Virus record (IMG/VR): IMGVR_UViG_3300008117_000099
Reading direction: 5' to 3' (one strand)
DNA from: an uncultured virus (IMG/VR IMGVR_UViG_3300008117_000099)
Lineage: Duplodnaviria; Heunggongvirae; Uroviricota; Caudoviricetes
DNA: 30,783 nucleotides
Positions within the stretch are counted from its first letter, which is position 1. Every line of letters starts with the position of its first letter. Positions 24,609 to 30,783 of the stretch are shown piece by piece. Made by a program: the position numbers and the translations under genes. The notes under the pieces were generated by a model. That model saw nothing but the letters and a program-made list of their open reading frames with translations. It ran no database searches and was not told the DNA's origin.

Positions 24609-25640
24609 CTACAACTTTGAGGTAAATTCCGTTCCTTCGTGAATTGCCCAACCATCCATGATATGAATAGGCTGTAAAGTGAAGTGGCCGTCTTCTCGTA
24701 TCCAGCCAATCATGATTCCTTGTTGCCAGTCTTCCCAATGTTTGACTGGTCGACCAAAGTCGTTAAGACCAGAGCCGTAAGAAGGAACCGCGCCGTCAAT
24801 TCTACAGAGGCACCCCGGACTTGCCGCGACACTTCGTATTGGACCGTCTGCGTCTGCAACTGTCTTGTATTGGAGCTCTTGACGATGCGTGTGTCCGAAT
24901 ACTGTTGAGATATGCGGGTTTTTGTTGGCGTGTGCGCTAGCGGTTGAGCCATTAGACCTTGCAATAGTTCCGTGAATTGCTCGTAGTGTTTTTGTAAGCC
25001 AGTATTCTCCAGCAGGATATGCTCCAATGTAGTCCACCTTTAGTTCGTCGAGTCGTAGTAGATATGGGATAGATAGGACAGGCCACTCTTCTGGAACTGC
25101 TGCGGCTCGTTTAATGCCCTTTGAGGCCATTGCGTTGGCAATTACATACCGTTGCATACGGCAATCATGATTACCTTCCAACATCACAATCTTTGCTGAG
25201 GGGCATGTAGCACGTTGTACGGCTAGTAAATGATGACCGTAGTCCAAGGCTGGCTGCACTGTATGAGCAAACATCTCTTCTTGAGCATACTTACCCATGG
25301 TTGGCAGGTCTAGGTAATCACCCAAGTGCACAATTTCATCTACGCCGTACTGTTCTTCCAAATAAGCAAGAATTTGAAAGTGCACGTCAATGGCATGAAC
25401 ATCATGAAATGGGTCTAACGTTCCGTCCTCATACTTGCGATAACCAATTTGTGGGTCTGGAACAAAAACAACTAAACGATACTGATGTTTAGGTTTCTTT
25501 GGTGCTTTTTTATTTTCGTAAGGTTTAACAATAGTCGGTTTTGCTACTTGAATAGGTGGCCAGGACCAGTCTTTTAAAGACTCAGCTGCATTTCGGTTTA
25601 GTGCTTGGGTTAAAATCTCCGATAGATTTATTTCTGGCAT
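24609..25640 (-). CDS. calcineurin-like metallophosphoesterase
   Basis: PDPQ, LGDYLD, EGNHD, IHG, FGHTH; likely start ATG 25640 (track 25646). Confidence 0.85.
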   Translation of the reverse strand: MPEINLSEILTQALNRNAAESLKDWSWPPIQVAKPTIVKPYENKKAPKKPKHQYRLVVFVPDPQIGYRKYEDGTLDPFHDVHAIDVHFQILAYLEEQYGVDEIVHLGDYLDLPTMGKYAQEEMFAHTVQPALDYGHHLLAVQRATCPSAKIVMLEGNHDCRMQRYVIANAMASKGIKRAAAVPEEWPVLSIPYLLRLDELKVDYIGAYPAGEYWLTKTLRAIHGTIARSNGSTASAHANKNPHISTVFGHTHRQELQYKTVADADGPIRSVAASPGCLCRIDGAVPSYGSGLNDFGRPVKHWEDWQQGIMIGWIREDGHFTLQPIHIMDGWAIHEGTEFTSKL

Positions 25641-25864
25641 ACGCAATAACCCTTCATATGTTGACGGAAAACGGTTGACTTAAATGGAAGTTCATAACCG
25701 TTACTAACTAAATCTCTATACAGTCCTGCGGACTCAACCTTTTCTTCAATTAATTGTTTGAACAACTCTCTATATTTATTATCAAGAGTGTCTAACCAAG
25801 TACCTACGGCACATTTAGTTGGAGCCTTGTGTTGCTCCAAATGCTTTTGCAGCACTTCTAACAT
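25628..25864 (-). CDS. hypothetical protein
   Basis: AGGGAG RBS gives ATG 25864; KC...HMKGYCVC. Confidence 0.7.
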   Translation of the reverse strand: MLEVLQKHLEQHKAPTKCAVGTWLDTLDNKYRELFKQLIEEKVESAGLYRDLVSNGYELPFKSTVFRQHMKGYCVCQK

Positions 25865-25935
25865 GTAGTCTCCCTGTTGCATGTTTGTTATATGTGCAAC
25901 GCGCCAAGCCTAGCACATGTTAAATTTAAACAAGC

Positions 25936-25975
25936 AAAAGAAAACCCCCTGGCGGTCAAATGCCAGGGGGTTTCT
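25936..25975 (-). terminator. intrinsic terminator
   Basis: AAACCCCCTGGC...GCCAGGGGGTTT inverted repeat with a T-rich tail on the minus strand, downstream of the 25987 stop. Confidence 0.8.
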
Positions 25976-25986
25976 AACGGCCTAAA

Positions 25987-26334
25987 TTAGGCCAGGGAGT
26001 CGTGAACCGAATCCTGGAAATTAGGACGAGAACGGTTCACTGATGCAGAAATGATTCTGCCGTTACCCTGCGTCGCACTAGCTTCCGGTGACTTATACGC
26101 AGGAATCATTGCACGGATGCCGTATGCGGCACCGTTACGACCACCAGAACTCAACACGTTTGTACGTGATGGCTTTGGCTGTGCGTAAGGGTCAGTTCCG
26201 CCCTTGGCGTTACCTGTCTTCTTCATGAGTTTGCCTTTTTCAGGCATAGCAACTCTTGGTTTTGCACTTGCAGAAACGGATGGCTCAGCTGATGCTGGAG
26301 CAATCGGCTTCGGATTCTTTGTTGAATCTTTCAT
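25987..26334 (-). CDS. basic low-complexity hypothetical protein
   Basis: 115 aa, AAAGGAAG RBS. Confidence 0.75.
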   Translation of the reverse strand: MKDSTKNPKPIAPASAEPSVSASAKPRVAMPEKGKLMKKTGNAKGGTDPYAQPKPSRTNVLSSGGRNGAAYGIRAMIPAYKSPEASATQGNGRIISASVNRSRPNFQDSVHDSLA

Positions 26335-26396
26335 TTAACTTCCTTTGGCCTAAAGGGTTTAACTAACAATAGGTGTTTTATTAATAAATGTCAGGC

Positions 26397-26681
26397 TTAA
26401 CTTGCATTTACAACGAACACAATGGCAGAAATTTGACCATCGTGGGATTCAATCGATGCGAAGCCTGGAATACACACCAGGTCTAAGCCTCTTGGGGCTG
26501 TATAGCCTCTGGCTATGGCGATTGCTTTTACGGCCTGATTTACTGCACCAGCGCCAACGGCTCTGATTTTGCAGCTTCGGGTCTCATAGATGCTATGGGC
26601 AATTGCAGATGCTACGGATTGTGGGTTTGAGCCGGCGCTTACTCTGAGCACCTGGTCATCAGGTTGGACTGTTTCAGACAT
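26397..26681 (-). CDS. spoVS: SpoVS-family (Alba-like) protein
   Basis: LRVSAGSNPQSVASAIA...IRAVGAGAVNQAVKAIAIARGY.AP.G.DL.CIP.F. Confidence 0.92.
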   Translation of the reverse strand: MSETVQPDDQVLRVSAGSNPQSVASAIAHSIYETRSCKIRAVGAGAVNQAVKAIAIARGYTAPRGLDLVCIPGFASIESHDGQISAIVFVVNAS

Positions 26682-26750
26682 GTTTTATACCTCGGTTTAC
26701 GTTTAGTGGGTCCCGCGGAAAATATTATGAGGTATATCTGTACTTATGTC

Positions 26751-26918
26751 TTAGTCAATGGGGGTTGGAGCTGTAGCTAAAGAACCGCAAAGGGCACACT
26801 CCATATCAAGCATATATAGGGATATCTCGCCATCTTCAAACATGGCTTGGACTTTCCACAGCATTGAGCCGCAAACGCAGATATGTAACGGCTTTTCTTT
26901 ATCTCTGAGGTCCATCAT
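26751..26918 (-). CDS. 55-aa Zn-ribbon protein (not in ORF track)
   Basis: MMDLRDKEKPLHICVCGS...MECALCGSLATAPTPID; ATGA coupling. Confidence 0.75.
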   Translation of the reverse strand: MMDLRDKEKPLHICVCGSMLWKVQAMFEDGEISLYMLDMECALCGSLATAPTPID

Positions 26919-27082
26919 TTGCCGCCCCATCCGCCGCCTTTAAAAACCAAGCCTGGGGCAGAATAAACACGGTCCATAAATACCTGGCATCTTGGACAAC
27001 GCATAACCTTGTCTTGTTCAATAGACAACTGAGCAGTGCCCATGGCGTCACATTTAGTGCACCTAAACTCGTATGTAGGCAT
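26915..27082 (-). CDS. FmdB-family Zn-ribbon protein (not in ORF track)
   Basis: MPTYEFRCTKC...RCPRC...MDRVYSAPGLVFKGGGW; TAATG coupling. Confidence 0.85.
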   Translation of the reverse strand: MPTYEFRCTKCDAMGTAQLSIEQDKVMRCPRCQVFMDRVYSAPGLVFKGGGWGGK

Positions 27083-27651
27083 TATTTCTCCCTAAACTTT
27101 GGGTCTTGCATCTTATCGTACACTTCTTTTTCTACGGCTGTTGAACATCTTTTGGCTACTAGATGGGCCAACGCGTATGAATCGGCGGCGTTGTCGTCTG
27201 TAAACTCAGCGTGCCACTTCTTAAAGGTGTACAACAACATCTGACTTTTAGCAACGCCCTGACCTTTTCCAGTTACATACTTTTTTAATGTAGTTGGTGG
27301 AACAATTAGAGGATATTCGCCTTGACGTCCTTGAAAATGGGAGAACAACGTGAACTTAACCATACCGCCTAGTTCTCCTGCCATGTTAGCCATCTGGCTT
27401 CCAAAGGCATAACCTTCCATGCAGGTATCAACAATTAAGTTTGATTCTTCTACAGCTTTAAGAGTATCTAAGGTTGACATATACACCGACGCCAAACGGC
27501 GAATTCCGGTGTCTTCAAATCTTTTTACAGAAGTTATATACGAACCATCTTCTGCAAGGAACGTCATAGCAAATCCGCTATATGACTGGTCTATGCCTAG
27601 CCAACAATTTTTGTTGGGTGTAAGGCCGGGTCCAAATGTTTTAACTTTCAC
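27082..27651 (-). CDS. RuvC-like Holliday junction resolvase
   Basis: LGIDQSYSGFA, MEGYAF, ELGG, PPTTLKKYVTGKG, DNAADSYAL. Confidence 0.85.
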   Translation of the reverse strand: MKVKTFGPGLTPNKNCWLGIDQSYSGFAMTFLAEDGSYITSVKRFEDTGIRRLASVYMSTLDTLKAVEESNLIVDTCMEGYAFGSQMANMAGELGGMVKFTLFSHFQGRQGEYPLIVPPTTLKKYVTGKGQGVAKSQMLLYTFKKWHAEFTDDNAADSYALAHLVAKRCSTAVEKEVYDKMQDPKFREK

Positions 27652-28142
27652 GGAAACATCCGCTCACCACGGGAGCGGAATGCTAATCCTGAGGTTCGTC
27701 GAGTAAGTTCACGGCTAACCAAGGATGTATCACGCTCAACGTTATTTACCATAACTTCGACTAGTTTTCTATAGTTATACCGGGCCATGTAAATTTCTTT
27801 TAAATCTTTAATTCTAGGTTCAACAGCAACCTTTGCTTTTATCAAAGTCATAGTGTCTTTAGTTGCTTTACCGTTGTAGTGCTGCAGGAACAAAACGCTT
27901 TCCTCTTGGTCTAAGTCTTGCTCTGCGTTTCGTTCGTCAATAAACGCACACGCTAACTGCGTTGATAAGAAGTTGTTATACGCAGTTAACCTAGAAAAGA
28001 TATCCATAAGTTCTTCATCCGCTACTTCCGTAATATCAATTGGAAGTTTAGGAGTATCCATTTGCATGGATGTTCGAACTTGTAATCCCTGGTTGCCCAG
28101 GGTTTGAATAGTAGGAGTACCGTGACTGGTACTAATTTCCAT
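27648..28142 (-). CDS. alpha-helical hypothetical protein in the recombination cluster
   Basis: Track 27648..28151; C-terminal VSRELTRR; start uncertain (28151 or 28142). Confidence 0.75.
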   Translation of the reverse strand: MEISTSHGTPTIQTLGNQGLQVRTSMQMDTPKLPIDITEVADEELMDIFSRLTAYNNFLSTQLACAFIDERNAEQDLDQEESVLFLQHYNGKATKDTMTLIKAKVAVEPRIKDLKEIYMARYNYRKLVEVMVNNVERDTSLVSRELTRRTSGLAFRSRGERMFP

Positions 28143-29019
28143 TTTTTGCATTTAGTTGCTCCATATGGTGGTTACAGCTGCGACATCCTGCCGCACCGTT
28201 AATATTACAGTCAGGCATGACCCCAGCGCTAATCGAGTCAACAATCATCTGGGCTGCGTCAAACAACGGCTGGATACCAAAATCACTCTTTTGGATTACA
28301 AACTCTTTTACATCTTGGGTTGCCTTGGATTCGTAAAGAACCAGGGCCTCTTTTGGCGCATCTTCATAACCTATTAACTCCATGAGCTTCATGTACATCT
28401 GGGCTTGCTGGATGTGGGTGTAGAACGGCGTTTCTACATCTTTCCAAATCTTTTCAAAATTCCCATCGTGTTTAAAGAACAGGTCTGGAGTTTCCCAACG
28501 AAAAGTGCCAATGCCTACAGACTTAATTTCTAAAAGAAGGGGGTCGTTAAAATCAACTAACCAGCCATCTGCGTGACCTGAGATTCGTAACGGTTCGTAA
28601 TAAAGCGGTACTTCTAAGTACTCATATGCAGACGCAGGTGCCTCTGGGTCATGGTCGTTAGGGAGTCCAAAGAATACGTCTCCGCACTCTAAGCATTCAT
28701 ACTTACCTTTTAAACGGCCCATCTCTTTAAACCAAGTTTGCCAACGATGGTGAATATGGTGTCCTTCGTCAAACACCATGGCTTGTTTAAGGCTGGCTTT
28801 GTATTTAGAAGGTGCTGGTTCTGCGCCCTGTAACTCAAAGTAAGACGCTCGATAACACCAATCATCTTTTACCATTGCAGACGGATGCAGTACATCAGTT
28901 CGACGTGATGTATCGGCTGGTTTAGAAAGTAAAAACCGTTCTACCGACCCAAGAACTCTAGTGTCAACCTTTCCTAGGTCAACCAGTTTCTTAAGCGCTC
29001 CCGTTGGCTTGTATGTCAT
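28132..29019 (-). CDS. Cas4-like PD-(D/E)XK exonuclease
   Basis: HPS...WCYR, GHADG, LEIKS, QAQMY, C-terminal C...CRSC. Confidence 0.85.
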   Translation of the reverse strand: MTYKPTGALKKLVDLGKVDTRVLGSVERFLLSKPADTSRRTDVLHPSAMVKDDWCYRASYFELQGAEPAPSKYKASLKQAMVFDEGHHIHHRWQTWFKEMGRLKGKYECLECGDVFFGLPNDHDPEAPASAYEYLEVPLYYEPLRISGHADGWLVDFNDPLLLEIKSVGIGTFRWETPDLFFKHDGNFEKIWKDVETPFYTHIQQAQMYMKLMELIGYEDAPKEALVLYESKATQDVKEFVIQKSDFGIQPLFDAAQMIVDSISAGVMPDCNINGAAGCRSCNHHMEQLNAKNGN

Positions 29020-29333
29020 TTATTATTCCTAACCCATTCTTCTAGTGTGAAACCTTTTTTCTCCGCTTTTCTGCGAAGAGCGTTTCTTTCTCTGTGAGAA
29101 AGTCCGCCCCAGATTCCATGTTGTTCGTCATTGCCCTCTGCGTACAGAAGGCACTGTACTCTAACAGGGCACTCTGACAAACCGTCGCGTCCAAAGCAGA
29201 CGGCTTTAGCTTGGTTAGCAATTGGTTTATATAAATCTTTGTCTCGTGGCGGGAACCACATCTCGGTGTCCATGCCTTTACATTTGGCATCGTAACGCCA
29301 CTTTTCTACACCTTCGTCTTCGTACAAGAGCAC
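29016..29333 (-). CDS. whiB: WhiB-family transcription factor
   Basis: AKC...WFP...AKAVC...CPVRVQCL.YA...GIWGGLS..ER. Confidence 0.93.
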   Translation of the reverse strand: MLLYEDEGVEKWRYDAKCKGMDTEMWFPPRDKDLYKPIANQAKAVCFGRDGLSECPVRVQCLLYAEGNDEQHGIWGGLSHRERNALRRKAEKKGFTLEEWVRNNK

Positions 29334-29647
29334 TCCTGGAGATATTGGCGCAGTTCCAGGAAGTCGTCCTCAGTTAACAAAACGTAATTTTCACCGTTGA
29401 GATGAAAGCCAAGGACAGGCATTCGACTGTCAAGAATTGCTTCTTTGACAATCTTTTCAAGAACCGCAGCCTTAACGGATACGGAGGCTTTGCCCGTCCA
29501 CTTATGCTCTATGAGCAAATCTTCTGAACGTACATCGCCTTTTCGACTCCAAAAAGCTCCGCTTCCAGCATTACGCTTTCCGCCAACTTTCTTAGCGAGT
29601 CGGTCCTCGTGCTTCCTTGACTCCTTCTGTCCTTTACTCCTCGTCAT
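29306..29647 (-). CDS. Hjc-like PD-(D/E)XK nuclease / Holliday junction resolvase
   Basis: HEDRLAK...GSGA...KGDV...LIEHK. Confidence 0.75.
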   Translation of the reverse strand: MTRSKGQKESRKHEDRLAKKVGGKRNAGSGAFWSRKGDVRSEDLLIEHKWTGKASVSVKAAVLEKIVKEAILDSRMPVLGFHLNGENYVLLTEDDFLELRQYLQECSCTKTKV

Positions 29648-30692
29648 TGTCTGGTTCCACTACGTACTTAGACCCAGCCTTGACAGTTTCAAGAACCTCC
29701 TTCTCCAGTGATTCTTTTAAGTCAATCTCTTCTCGTATTGAGCTAACCATAGCATCTGCGCCCTGCCACTGCCGTTCGGCATACCGGTAATAGGCTCCTG
29801 CGCGAGTTATGACCTTATTTATGATGCCTAGCGCAACAATCTCCTTAGCAAAGTCATACTCGCCAGGCAGAGCGTTACCTCCGTCAGCAAAGTAAAAATC
29901 TACAAAAGCAGTCTGTGATGGTGGGGCGGATTTGTTCTTCAAGGTGCGAACCTTGATGGTCTGGCCTACTCGACGTTTTTCTTGTCCTGAGCCAACCTCA
30001 ATCCAATCATCACGTTTAATTTCAATACGTGTAAAGAACGCATAATCTTTTCCTTGCCCACCTGGAGTTGTTCGTGGGTCTCCATACATGACGCCAATCT
30101 TTGAACGCCACTGATTAATTAACAAACCAATAAAAGGACGCTCTGGTTGAGTTAATGAACGCTTTGATGCTTTTCCAACTTTGCGGAAGAACTTATTTGT
30201 GAGTAAAGCTCCGCGTCCAACAGTAGCTTCTTCCATTTCTTTCTCGTCTTCGGTTGAAGGAACCAGTGCGGGTAAACTGTCAATAACAATACAATCAATT
30301 GTTTTAGACCCAACAATTTCAATAACGGCACCATATGCTTCTTCCATTATATTTGTAGAAATTACATACACTCTAGATGGGTCAACGCCACAAAGTTCAG
30401 CGTAACCAGGAACCCACTCTTCTGCTGCAACCCACACGGTTGTAAAGTTAGGGTCTTTCTTTTGATTGGCAGCAATTGTTTTTAAAGCAATAGCAGTCTT
30501 TCCATTACTTGCTTCACCAACTAATTCATGCCATTGATTTGCCGGCCAACCACCGCCCAAGGCAACATCAAGAGATAAAGAGCCAGAAGTAAAACGATGA
30601 GGAACTTCTACTATCTCTGAGCCAAGAACAACGGTGTCTTCGCCAAATTTTTTATTTATCTTTGCTAATACTTTTGCTAGGTCTGCGTTCAT
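29634..30692 (-). CDS. recA: RecA/UvsX-like recombinase
   Basis: SGSLSLDVALGGG, Walker A GEASNGKT, VIDSL.ALVP, INQWRSKIGVMYGDPRTTPGG, KNKSAPP. Confidence 0.95.
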   Translation of the reverse strand: MNADLAKVLAKINKKFGEDTVVLGSEIVEVPHRFTSGSLSLDVALGGGWPANQWHELVGEASNGKTAIALKTIAANQKKDPNFTTVWVAAEEWVPGYAELCGVDPSRVYVISTNIMEEAYGAVIEIVGSKTIDCIVIDSLPALVPSTEDEKEMEEATVGRGALLTNKFFRKVGKASKRSLTQPERPFIGLLINQWRSKIGVMYGDPRTTPGGQGKDYAFFTRIEIKRDDWIEVGSGQEKRRVGQTIKVRTLKNKSAPPSQTAFVDFYFADGGNALPGEYDFAKEIVALGIINKVITRAGAYYRYAERQWQGADAMVSSIREEIDLKESLEKEVLETVKAGSKYVVEPDNDEE

Positions 30693-30783
30693 TACCCCAG
30701 CTTACCAATAATTTCAGTAGGGTTCCAACCGCCAGTTTCTACTTGTTTTGCGGCTTGAGTTGGGCCTTCCAAAGGCACGCTAA
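30692..30783 (-). CDS. partial hypothetical protein (3' end)
   Basis: ...PLEGPTQAAKQVETGGWNPTEIIGKLG*, TAATG coupling to recA. Confidence 0.55.
   Translation of the reverse strand, partial: SVPLEGPTQAAKQVETGGWNPTEIIGKLG

Noticed and set aside
16257..30692. Inteins or introns in nrdJ or recA
   Set aside because: Both have normal lengths and uninterrupted motifs.
1..30783. tRNA or rRNA genes, reverse transcriptase, transposase
   Set aside because: No cloverleaf or T-loop signature was seen in intergenic gaps, and no RT or DDE transposase motifs were seen in the ORFs (eye inspection only).

Overview
This is a 30.8 kb segment of a large phage genome, most likely infecting an actinobacterium (WhiB-family regulator, TANNNT -10 boxes with leaderless ATG starts, MSMEG_6728-like glycosylase). 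It has three blocks. (1) About 1-3700, minus strand: small, mostly basic hypothetical genes, an HNH protein, and a protein that begins with a RecA N-terminal helix look-alike. (2) About 3770-16200, plus strand: an early/accessory island. Its first 6.5 kb is an array of nine modules of small genes, each preceded by the same intergenic element: [hairpin(s)]-GTTTGTGTTG-CCCACCC-GGGAA-TGTGA-N6-TCACA-GGGTGGCAGGTT-N16-18-TANNNT. I count 17 CRP-type palindromes there. An AAA+/vWA pair, a HicA-like gene and a pyrimidine-dimer glycosylase-like gene follow. (3) About 16250-30783, minus strand: class II ribonucleotide reductase, a TGT-like/HAD-like/nucleotidyltransferase cluster, metallophosphoesterase, SpoVS, RuvC-like and Hjc-like resolvases, Cas4-like nuclease, WhiB and RecA. 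The most notable observations are the CRP-box promoter-cassette array, the RecA-mimic fusion, a probable ATT start codon and the apparent absence of GATC. All calls come from reading by eye; no searches were run.
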